A stretch of DNA of 35,382 nt from Basidiobolus ranarum (Eukaryota): positions 1-35,382 of the forward strand of contig JASJQH010006940.1 in NCBI GenBank assembly GCA_040143965.1. The letters are read 5' to 3'. A program made the position numbers and the translations under genes. Positions 11,501-22,376 of this stretch are shown piece after piece. The notes beneath the pieces are model-generated. The model made no database searches. It was not told where the DNA came from and saw only the letters and a program-made list of their open reading frames with translations. Position 1 is the first letter of the stretch. The number at the start of each line of letters is the position of its first letter.

Positions 11501-14500
11501 GACCTTTATATGGTATAGGAGTCGATGAGCTTGACGAAGATCCTTATCTTGAACAGAAGCGAGTTGATTTAATTCATTCAGCAGCTCTTTTACTCGATCG
11601 GGCCAATCTCGTTAAATATGATAAGAAGACTGGTCGTTTCCAAGTTACCGAACTTGGTAGAATTGCCTCACATTACTATATCTCCCACACCTCGATGGCT
11701 ACTTACAATCAGCATTTGAGACCCATTATGTCACATATCGAACTCTTCCGAATTTTCTCACTTTCTGACGAATTCAAATACATTCCCGTTCGTGAAGAGG
11801 AGAAGCTGGAATTGTCCAAGTTATTGGAACGTGTTCCTGTTCCAGTTAAAGAGTCTATTGAGGAGCCCACCGCTAAGATCAATGTTCTTCTTCAATCGTA
11901 CATCTCTCAATTGAAGCTTGAAGGATTCGCACTTGTATCAGACATGGTTTATGTAACCCAAAGTGCAGGACGAATTCTTCGTGCTATCTTTGAAATCTGT
12001 TTGAAGCGCGGTTGGGCCCAGTTAGCTCGTAAGGCTCTTGATCTTTGTAAGATGGCCGAGAAAAGAATGTGGCTTTCCATGTCTCCATTGAAGCAATTCA
12101 AGCAAATCCCAGCAGATATTCTTAAGAGACTGGAGAAGAAAGAATTCCCTTGGGAACGTTACTTTGATCTTAATCCACAAGAAATCGGCGAGTTAGTTGG
12201 CATCCCCAAGGCCGGTAAAATGCTTCACAAATTCATCCATCAATTCCCCAAACTTGATCTTCAAGCTCATGTTCAACCAATTACTCGTTCTCTCCTTCGT
12301 ATTGAGTTGACCATTACGCCTGATTTCCAGTGGGATGAGAAGGTTCATGGAAATGCTGAATCATTCTGGATTATTGTTGAAGACGGGGACAGTGAGATGG
12401 TCTTGTATCACGATGTCTTCCTCTTAAAGCAACGATATGCCGAGGAAGAACATCTTATCACCTTTACTGTTCCATTATTTGAACCTATCCCACCCAATTA
12501 TTTTGTAACAGTCGTTTCTGATCGCTGGTTACACAGTGAAACCAAGCTCCCAGTTTCCTTCCGACATCTTTTACTCCCTGAAAGATACCCACCTCCAACT
12601 GAATTGCTTGATCTTCAGCCATTGCCTGTTACCGCTCTTAATAACCCGGAATTCGAATCTCTGTACAGCAGTTGGGTCGACAGATTCAATCCTATACAGA
12701 CACAGATATTCAATTCTCTCTATATGACTGATGATAACGTCTTCATTGGTGCTCCAACAGGTAGTGGGAAAACTATTTGTGCTGAGTTTGCTATTCTTCG
12801 CCTTTGGCAGAAGAGTCCTGGAGCTCGTTGTGTCTATATCGCTCCTTTCCAAGAAGTTGCGGACTTGAGACTAGCAGAATGGAGCCGAAAATTCGCCACA
12901 GTTCAAGGAGGCAAAAATGTTGTTGCTCTTACTGGTGAAACTAGTGCAGATCTAAAACTACTTGAACAAGGTGATGTTATTATTGCTACACCTGTACAAT
13001 GGGATGTCCTTTCTCGTCGTTGGAGACAAAGAAAGAATGTTCAGACTGTTGAACTTTTCATTGCCGATGAAATCCATCTTATTGGTGGTGAAATTGGCCC
13101 TACCTATGAAGTAATTGTTTCTAGAATGCGTTACATGTCTTCTCAAATTCAGGGTAAACTCAGGATCGTTGCTTTAAGTACATCATTATCAAATGCTCGT
13201 GACTTGGCTGAATGGATTGGAGCTACTCCTCATTCCACATTCAATTTCCCTCCTATGGCTAGACCTGTTCCTTTGGAGCTTCATATTCAAAGTTTCAACG
13301 TTCCTCACTTTGCTTCTTTGATGTTAGCTATGGCCAAACCAACTTATCTTGCCATTACCACACACTCTCCTGATAAGCCAGCGATCGTATTTGTTCCTTC
13401 TCGTAAGCAGTGCCGTTTAACCGCTGTAGATTTATTGACCTTCTGTAATGCTGAAGGTGAACCTGATCGCTTCCTTCGCTGTCAACCCGAAGATATTGCC
13501 GAGCATATCAATAAGATATCTGATAAGACTCTTGCCGAAACCGCTCAGCACGGTGTTGGTTTCTATCATGAAGCTCTTTCCAAGCAAGATAAACGCATTG
13601 TCGAGCATCTATTTGAATCCGGCGCCCTTCAAGTTGTTGTTGTCTCTAGAGACACATGCTGGGGTATAAACATCAGCACCCACATGGTTATAGTAATGGG
13701 CACTCAATACTTCGAAGGTAAAGACCATCGTTATGTTGACTACCCCATTACGGATGTTCTCCAAATGTTGGGTCGCGCATGTAGACCTAACAAGGATGAT
13801 ATTGGCCGTTGCGTTTTGATGTGTCAAGCGAATAAGAAAGAGTTTTACAAGAAATTCTTGTTTGAATCTCTTCCAATTGAGTCTCATTTGGACTTATTCC
13901 TTCATGATCATTTCAACGCTGAAATTGTCACCAAGACCATTGAGAATAAGCAAGATGCCGTTGATTATATTACTTGGACCTTTATATATAGACGTATGAC
14001 TCAAAATCCCAATTACTATAACCTCCAAGGTACAACCCATCGCCACCTTTCAGATCATCTCTCAGAATTGGTGGAGAACACTTTGAATGATTTGGTCGCC
14101 TCCAAGTGCATCACTGTTGAAGATGAGATGGATATCTTCCCATTGAATTTGGGTATGATTGCCGCATACTACAACATCAACTACATTACAGTTGAGATGT
14201 TCAGCATGTCTCTTACAGCCAACACCAAGCTCCGCGGTCTCCTGGAGATTATCTCCTCTGCTGCAGAATTCGAATCTATCCCCATTCGTCACCACGAGGA
14301 TGGCATTCTTAAACGTATCTATGAACGTTTACCTGTAAAGCTTGCTTCCACCAAATTCAACTCTCCTCATGTCAAAGCCAATATTTTACTACAAGCACAC
14401 TTCTCACGTACTCAACTTCCCCCAGATCTTCAATCCGACCAAACGATTGTTGTTTCCAAGATCATCCCCTTACTTCAAGCTTGTGTTGATGTGATATCCT

Positions 14501-15156
14501 CCAATGGCTGGCTTACACCAGCACTTGCCGCTATGGAGCTTGCTCAAATGACAGTACAAGCCCAATGGGATCGCGACTCGCCTCTTAAGCAGGTTCCTTA
14601 CTTCTCAAGCCAGCTCATCAAGCAATGTCAAGATAAGGGCGTTGACTCGGTATTCGAAATCATGGAACTCGATGACTCGGATCGTGATCAAATATTCAAG
14701 GGTTTGGAGCCCCGAGCAGTACGCGAGATTGCCCGTTTCGTCAACAGATACCCCAACATTGAACTTAACTTTGAGGTACAAGATTCGGCCGAATTGACTA
14801 CGGACTCATCTGTGGTCATGCAGATTTCGCTAGAACGTGAAGGAGATGAAGAAGATGAAGAGCCCGTTGGACCAGTAATTGCACCATTCTTCCCCACAAA
14901 GAAGGATGAAGGCTGGTGGTTAGTGGTAGGAGATCCAGTGGCCAAGACAGTGGCGGCCATCAAGCGAATCACTGTTCAACGCCGTCTTGGTGTGAAGCTA
15001 GAGTTCCCAGCACCCTCTGAAGCGGGAGAATTCAAATACAAACTTTACTTAATGTGTGATTCGTACATTGGTTGTGATCAAGAATACGATTTTGAAATGA
15101 AAGTAGCTCAAGGAGAAGATGAATCCTCCGAGGGAGGAAGTGATATGGAAGAGTAG
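8532..15156 (+). CDS. BRR2: U5 snRNP 200-kDa Ski2-like RNA helicase; exons 8532-8791 and 8871-15156
   Basis: N-terminal [16 protein letters not shown] and [11 protein letters not shown]-like IDAFWLQR; two helicase cassettes ([20 protein letters not shown] and [12 protein letters not shown]), each followed by a Sec63 unit; C-terminal DSYIGCDQE. Single phase-2 intron 8792-8870. Confidence 0.98.
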
Positions 15157-15256
15157 TTCAGCCCCGATAATTCCACACTTCGGTCTATGATTTCCATATA
15201 ATCACCTATTTTTGTCGTCTTAGAAACGAAACGAGACATACTTTTTGTAAAATATT

Positions 15257-15362
15257 ATTTGAACTTTACGGTCAAGTCAATTAAACTATTGGAATAAATT
15301 AGCATTTGAACTTTATAGTGAAGTCAATATAACCATTGGAGTGAACTGCCATCTGAACTTGA
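15257..15362. repeat. Degenerate 47-bp tandem repeat (~2.3 copies)
   Basis: ATTTGAACTTTA...AAGTCAAT...ATTGGA recurs at 15257 and 15304, and ATCTGAACTT at 15351 (period 47). Confidence 0.75.
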
Positions 15363-15527
15363 CATGGCATTCACCATTTCCATTTCTCATTCCCATTCTC
15401 ATCCCCATTTGCGTTTCTTTGGTAACTTCCAGGTAAAAGCACGATAAACAATGGACCCATATATGGATTGGCATTGTACATGTTTGTACAAATGTGAATC
15501 ATATGGCGATTGAGTAGGTCGAGATAA

Positions 15528-15552
15528 ATCCAGGGATCCAGGGATCCAGGGA
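15528..15552. repeat. 8-bp tandem repeat (ATCCAGGG)x3
   Basis: atccagggatccagggatccaggga read directly. Confidence 0.85.
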
Positions 15553-15756
15553 ATCAATCCTAATTAGCCCATATTTGATTTGCAATGTCTATGGATCCCA
15601 TGGACAATCCAATCATTTTTACCAGAGTCAGTGGCTGGTGAGGGACCAATGTAGAGTTGAGAAAGAAATTACGACGGGTAAGTGGCGGAGAGTAAATATT
15701 GATTTAAAAGAATGAGAGACGTCACTTAGTTATTCATATTAAAAATTCTTCAAGAA

Positions 15757-16901
15757 ATGTCTAGAGTACTTTGTTTCGGTTCAGTTAACATCGATAGTTT
15801 CTACGTTGTTCCACATATCGTTCGCTCGGGAGAAACCCTCTCTTCTACTCGGTATTTCCTTCGTGCAGGTGGTAAAGGAGCTAACCAATGTGCAGCTTTA
15901 GCTAAGGTCGGTTAGCAGTTCTTTGGAAAAAAAACAATGTTGACCTCCCTCTCATACTTGTTTCTTTAATATTTAGGCTGGAAATAAAACCTTTATGTCA
16001 GGTGTCATCGGTAAAGACGGGCTCTGGATCAAAGAAAAATTGGAAAAATTCGGTGCTAATGTTGACTTACTAGAAGTTTCAGAAGAGGAGGTATATATCA
16101 TATACTATGTCATAAAACTTTTTACTCCTTTAGCTAAAAAAAACCCCACTTTCTTTTGACTAGTCAACCGGAAAAGCTATTATTCAACTGAGTGAACACG
16201 ATCGTGATAACTCTATCATCTTGTTCCCAGGTACCAACTATAAAATAAGCAAAGAACTTATCGATAAAGTAGTTGGTCAATTCAATGAAAACGACTGGTG
16301 TTTATTACAAAATGAAATCAACCTTGGTGGAGAGGTTATGAGATCTGCCAAACGTCAAGGTAAATATGAACGTTCTCTTTACAAGAAGTTCGTATGGATT
16401 AATGAATAATTTCATATGATTGATTTAGGCATGAAAATCATCTTCAACCCAGCTCCATTCAACTCGGAAATTATGTCAGAATTTCCATTAGAGTTGGTGG
16501 ATATCTTGGTCGTCAATGAAACTGAAGCCATGGGTCTTTATGAAGGAATTACTGGAGAAAAAATGGCCGCAGATACTTTGGATGTTCAGAAACTCTCTAA
16601 AACTGTGACCGAGAAATACCCCGAATTAGAATGTCTTATTATTACCTTGGGCGCAGATGGTGTATTTGGTGCTTCCAATGGAGAGGAAATCACTTTGCCT
16701 TCTATGAAGTGTGATGTCGTCGATACTACTGGTGCCGGTGACACTTTTATCGCTTATTTCTTATCAGAATACATCCGATCAAACAAAGACTTTAAAAACT
16801 CTTTGGAACTCGGAATTAAGGCTGCCTCTATCGCTATTAGTAAAGAAGGAGCAATGGACAGTGTGCCTACCAAAGAAGAATTGGATGAGAAATTTGCTTG
16901 A
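15757..16901 (+). CDS. RBK1: Ribokinase (PfkB family); exons 15757-15906, 15977-16090, 16164-16359, 16429-16901
   Basis: MSRVLCFGSVNID...GETL...GGKGANQ; TGKAIIQ; LLQNE; FNPAP; VNETEA; TLGADG; DTTGAGDTF PfkB signature. Confidence 0.92.
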
Positions 16902-17370
16902 TTTCCTTCACATTACTAGCCTGTTATTTCTCCCCTCTCCCGCTCTTTCTTGGTTAATATATTCTTTTTAAGCCTCATAACATGTCTTAAGTTTAGTTTC
17001 AATACCCTTTCCCCTCATCACATACATCATTTCATCCCTCTTTTCATCGCATTTCATTTCCAATAAAAAGGGGAATTCTTTTCTTGCATATACTTTTATT
17101 ATGTGTAATGACTATTACATGGATTTCTAAAATAATATTACAACCCTTTCAAATTTTACTGAACAAGAAAATTACGAATGACACTGGTTTTTTTTTTTCG
17201 TGAATCCCTTTTTCATGTAAATAAAGCGAGAGAAAAAGACAAATTGAACTAAAAATAAAAGGGTGGCAAGAAATGATTTTTATGAAATAAAAAAAGAAAG
17301 TTGATTGGAAATTGGAAAATTAAAATCGTATTCGTATTCGAATTAGAAATTTGAATTTACCCAATTACTT

Positions 17371-19513
17371 TTAACGACGTGGAATACCACGTCCGCGACC
17401 TGGCATACCGCCTTGGGGTCCTTGAGGGGCGGGTTGACTCTGTGGGTTCTTCACAGTTTCATCAACAGATAAAATCAAACAAGCAGCCTCGGTAGCAGCA
17501 GAGATAGCATTGGTCTTAACAAGTGATGGTTCCCAAACGAAAGCCTCGTAGTTATCAGCGATGGTCTCGTTATTTATGTCCACACCGAACCAGATGCCAC
17601 CTTGAGCATGCTTTTGACGAAGCTTAGTTAAGATCTCAGTAGAGTCAAAACCAGCATTATCGCATAATTGACGTGGGATCACTTCCAAGGCTTTAGCGAA
17701 GGCAGAGATAATCAATTGTTGTTTACCTTGAATAGTTCTAGCATGAAGACGAAGATATTTGGAAAGTTCCATTTCTGTGGCACCGCCACCGGCAACAACG
17801 TGGTTATTTCTGATGGCTCTTCTGACAATCATAATAGCATCATTCAAACTTCTCTCTACTTCAGCAATGAATTGCTCCGCACCACCACGAAGGATCAAAG
17901 TGCAAGTCTTGGCAGCTGGGCATCCAGTGAAAATGTTGAATCTTTCACCACCAATCTGCTTCTCTTCGAAAACCTCACAGGTACCCAAGTATTTCTCGGA
18001 GATATCTGTGCATGTAGATTGAACGGATCCACCAACTGCTTGAACAACACGGCTAAGATCATCAGCGGCAACACGACCAGCACAGAAGATATCTCTATCA
18101 GCAAAGTATTGTGTGGCAAGATCACCGATGGGAAGCTTAGAGAGGACTACCTTAGCACCAGTCTTGGCAATAGCCTCAAGTTTTTGGTAAATGATGGACC
18201 ATTCGGCATCAACAATTGCTTGGTATTCATCAACAGCCTCAACACGAACTTCGGCATTATCCTTCTCAGCCTTGAGTTCCAATTCAACGTTTAAGCAAAG
18301 AATCTTAGGTTGCTTGAAGTGTTTGGGTTGTTGTTCGAAACCGGCATAGGAGAATGTCTTCTTGAATGCAACACCATCAACAAAGATGGAGTCTTGCATA
18401 GCACCACCTGGGACCTTCTTGATACCAATGAGGTTGGGGTTGAGGTCTTCTTGATCCAAGTGAAGAACGGAATCGACTACCATCTTGGTGAAGAAATCCT
18501 TGTGTGAATGGATAAGCTTGGATGACATGGCGGTAGCAGCGCATTTCTCGAGAAGGGATCTGAACTCTCTAATAACAACAACAATATATGCATCAGAAGT
18601 CAGGTCTTGAATAAAGTGCTAACTTATAACGAATGTTAAAAGAATTCACTTACTCTTCGTTATCTCTATTAATAGTGACAGCCATTTCCTTAACCTTGTT
18701 AATAGCCTAAAATAGGATACAACCATGTAAGTTTGTTATGCCCTAAACATAGCTCATTAAATTCATATTCAGCTTACAAGTTGGGCGGCCTTTCTGAATC
18801 CTTTGATAATAACATGAGAACTAACGCCCTCTTCGATGTAAGACTTGACTTCTTTCAAGAATTCACCGGCGAGAAGAACTACACTAGTAGTACCATCACC
18901 AACCTAAACGAACCCTCGTGGTTAATATCTTACTGAAAGAAGGTTGCTTGAAATATAAAATACTCGGCCTTACCTCAGCATCTTGTGATCTGGCAATATC
19001 AACCAAAGTTTTGGCAGCGGGTTGAACGATATCCAATAACTTCATAATGGTAGCACCATCGTTAGAGATTGTGACGTCGCCTAGGAGCGGGGTAAAACAT
19101 GAATAGGTTGCCTAAGGTTGACCAGCTTCTTGATGATAGACTTACCTCTTTGGTTGACCATCAACTTATCCATACCACGAGGGCCAAGAGTGGTGCGAAC
19201 AGTATCGCATACAGCAAGACAAGCGTTGATGTTGGATAGAAGCTGACCTTTACCTTGGGAAGAGTCGGTACCTTCTTTGAGAAGGATGATTTGAGGTTGC
19301 TATAATATATAAAGTCAGTATACTGGATAGGATGGATTGAGGTTCAAATAACTTGATCAAGTGTTTACAAAGGGATACAATGTGGATAAAAAAGGTCGGA
19401 CAGCTTAACAGAAGGGAACCAAAGGTATTTCAATGGAAAGGTAACTTGGTAATGGTATTTGTGAACTTGGCTAAAACTACTTGGGGTTAGAGACATACCA
19501 TCATGTTCGACAT
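17371..19513 (-). CDS. CCT7: T-complex protein 1 subunit eta (chaperonin CCT/TRiC); 6 exons
   Basis: [82 protein letters not shown]-type loop, and the C-terminal GRGRG tail characteristic of the eta subunit. Confidence 0.97.
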
Positions 19514-19726
19514 TTTAGATCCGTAGTAATAGATTTAATAAAATACACGGTTTGTTGTAGGCAAGAGTCTTTTCAAAAAAAAAGTCCCGACAAAGAAACC
19601 AGGTCAGTTAAGTTGGATGTTTGAAAAGTAGTAATCAAATAACTTTTCCTACGTAAAAAACCGAGAAAAAGCCCTTCCTGGGGGTCTGATTTTCATGGTT
19701 TCTAAGGAAGCTTTCCGAAGCTTTTT

Positions 19727-19735
19727 TCACGTGAC
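19727..19735. promoter_or_regulatory. Candidate E-box TCACGTGAC (Cbf1/USF-type site) upstream of CCT7
   Basis: Exact GTCACGTGA on the minus strand, about 215 nt upstream of the CCT7 ATG. Function is inferred only. Confidence 0.4.
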
Positions 19736-20265
19736 TTGATTCTTGACAGTTATCACCCACTAATATTGCCCACTGCAATGTAATTCAGCTCTAACAAAAA
19801 ACTTTCAGTCAATGTTTTTTTTTTTCGATAGCCGCTGGCTGTTTATTTCTTGCCCTCCTCAATATGCTTTCCCCTTGATTTGAGTATATTGATGATGGAT
19901 TTAGTGGGTCATGATTGGCTGACAGTCATAATTTAAGATTATGAGAAAAAGGATACAAATAATGGAATGATCGGTTGTCATCGATGGCTACACAACCACT
20001 ACTTAGGGATTATGCTTCGAGATTCAGTAGTGTCAAGCACAGAGAAGCAGAGCAATTCAGTTGGGTAAAGCAAAGAGGGAAATAGAGCAATTTTAATAAA
20101 ATTGATATTGATATATAATACAAATGCCAGAAGCCATAGATGATGGTAAACAAAAATCTGTGTCCACCTTGATTTTCTATATCAGCGACGATAAAAGAGC
20201 ATTCAGAACCAATGGTCACACGCAGTAGATGCGCAGAGCCATTGTACTTGGTGGCAATTTGTTCT

Positions 20266-21912
20266 TTAGGTCAAGAACACCTTCTTGAGTTCGGAGAATT
20301 CAAAGGTATCGTTGGTGCGTGGACATTTGATCTTCCCTTGATTCTTGGCTGCCGCTTCTTTGAGTGCCTGTTGGATGTGGAATATGAATTCAATTGGCTA
20401 GGAGATCTTTAGAGATGGTGCAACTACTTACATTAAAAGAGTAAACATATCCGTTCGGAAGGGCCATGGGGGGATTGTTTTCGTTCATGATGTCACCAGA
20501 TATCCTGCACACAATGGTTGAATTTACATGATGAGATAGAGGCAGCTTTTCTGCCAATACACCCAGAGTTTCTGGTGCACACACTGGGCAATTGATGTTG
20601 CGGTTTTCTGGTTGATAGCACATTGGTGTTTTCAAAGCAGATAGACCGGTTTGTAAAGTGACCGAGAGCAAAGGCTCCGAAGTTAAGCTGTGGAGACTAA
20701 AGTTGTCGTTGCGGAATTGGTCCATCAAATGTTCCCATCTGTTCTCATCAAAAAGTTTCTAAGCAATAGACATTAAAAATTAGATTGAGCTGAAACATTG
20801 ACGAATTAGGGATTTCTAATTTACTTTGTAAGGCTGACATTTAGTGTCGGGTTTGAAGGCCAAAAGTGCCATGGCTTGTTGGATTTCCTTGATATTAACG
20901 TCGGTCCATTGAATCAAGTATTTACGTGCATATGTGATGGCATCACTAGTTCTTCGCGTTCTGACCAATTCGATAAACTCTTGTAGTCTTAAATTGAACT
21001 CGAGCGTACTCTTATTCGTCAAATGAATTGATGTAAACATCTTGCTGAGAATAGAGTTCTTGGCTTGAAATACAAATTACCTTCATCTTTCGTAAGCTTG
21101 TTTTGTTCTCGCTACACCAATGCAAGCATTCAGTGCAGCTGTGCTTTTGTAAAGCTTCTTCGATCTTCTTGGATTGAATAAATAACTCTGTATCAACAAG
21201 TTCCTTTTGTAATACAAGTCGATATTAATATTAACGATAAATAACCCCATAAACTATTGAGATAAAAGAACCTCAATGTTGGCATCTTTCGCTAGTGCTT
21301 TGGCAGTCTCGCTGTAACCTGAGCGCAGCATAAAGTCAACTAGTACACGATCGAGTCTTATTCTGCTCCAACGCGTGTAAGCCTCATCATTGTAAGAGAG
21401 AACCTGATTGAGCTCTGAAAGATGTTGTAAGCGGGTTTTACTCCTTTGTGTAAAAAGGAACTCCTCTTGCTTGGCATCTTGAAGCTAAAGGATAAATTGG
21501 ATCATGAAGGTTAATTATTGTGACGATTAGTATAGAAAAGTGTAATTGTTGTCAAGAAACTCATCGTTCTGAGTTGTATACAAGCCAATAAAAAAGTGAA
21601 AGGTACCTTTTTCTTCAATGTTTTCAACCGCTGAATAGAGCTATCAATGACTTTAACAGCTTCCTCTGCATCGATCTTATTCTGATTTGCAGATTTCAAT
21701 AAGTCACTGATAGCGTGAGTAAGTACAGTAGTTTCTTTCTCTATATGCTTTTGAGAAATTCGAAAAGCCTTCTTCAACTGTTCGTATGGTACCTAAGTAA
21801 AACCCAATAGAATTACCATTAGGATTGATGGTTTGTAATAATGGCAAAAAAAGAGTACTTTTATAAATGGTTGCTCTACAGTGAGCAAAGCTTCATGGTT
21901 AATCTTGTTCAT
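20266..21912 (-). CDS. MAEA: GID/CTLH E3 ligase subunit (Fyv10/Gid9/MAEA); 7 exons
   Basis: MNKINHEALLTVEQPFIK|VPYEQLKKAFRISQKHIEKE; LisH-like RLDRVLVDFMLRSGY; CTLH STLEFNLRLQEFIELVR; LQTGLSALKTPMC...CPVC...LPLSHHVNS..CRISG..MNENNPPMALPNGYVY; CPRT...KKVFLT*. Confidence 0.94.
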
Positions 21913-22376
21913 TAAAGAAACTACTATTCAGATACTCGTAGCGTTAATAATAAGGTGGAAATAACTACGTATTCAGTTGGGAATATTGCTTCTCTGGCAC
22001 AAATTGAATCAACGATCCCTTAGCCACACCAGTGACTATGTATCAAGTAAATTCACATGATCAGGATTTGCTTAAAATTCTATGTACCTCGATTACGTCT
22101 AAAGTTGGCATGAATAAAATAATACATATTTCATTGGCTAATCTGACTATTTATTTCACAAGTGATGCATAAAGTTTGGTTATCATTTGATTAAAATGTT
22201 GAGTAACTAAACATTATTTATCTCAAATTAAGACGTTGAGTTAAAAACATAGTAAATATCTGTTTGTATATGCTTCGATCAAGGATAAACAAAGTCCTTG
22301 TATGTATGTATATCGAAACCAGTGATTGTTAGTGTGTTTGAGTTCGCTTATCATTTTTCTCTTTAACAAAATAAGA

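Noticed and set aside
8997-14972. Numerous antisense and off-frame ORFs inside BRR2 (and similar ones in SHE4, CCT7, APC4 and CLC)
   Set aside because: Shadow ORFs of codon-biased genes with no recognisable motifs.
3492-15156. CWF19L1 and BRR2 proximity as a spliceosome gene cluster (also APC4, MAEA and the FAM122-like gene as a cell-cycle/ubiquitin cluster)
   Set aside because: Plausible by chance in a gene-dense genome, and no synteny data are available.
18707-18777. GTATCCT (U12-like donor motif) in a CCT7 intron
   Set aside because: It lies next to the 3' end of an ordinary GTAAGC...TAG intron. None of the inferred introns in the window starts with a U12 RTATCCTT donor.
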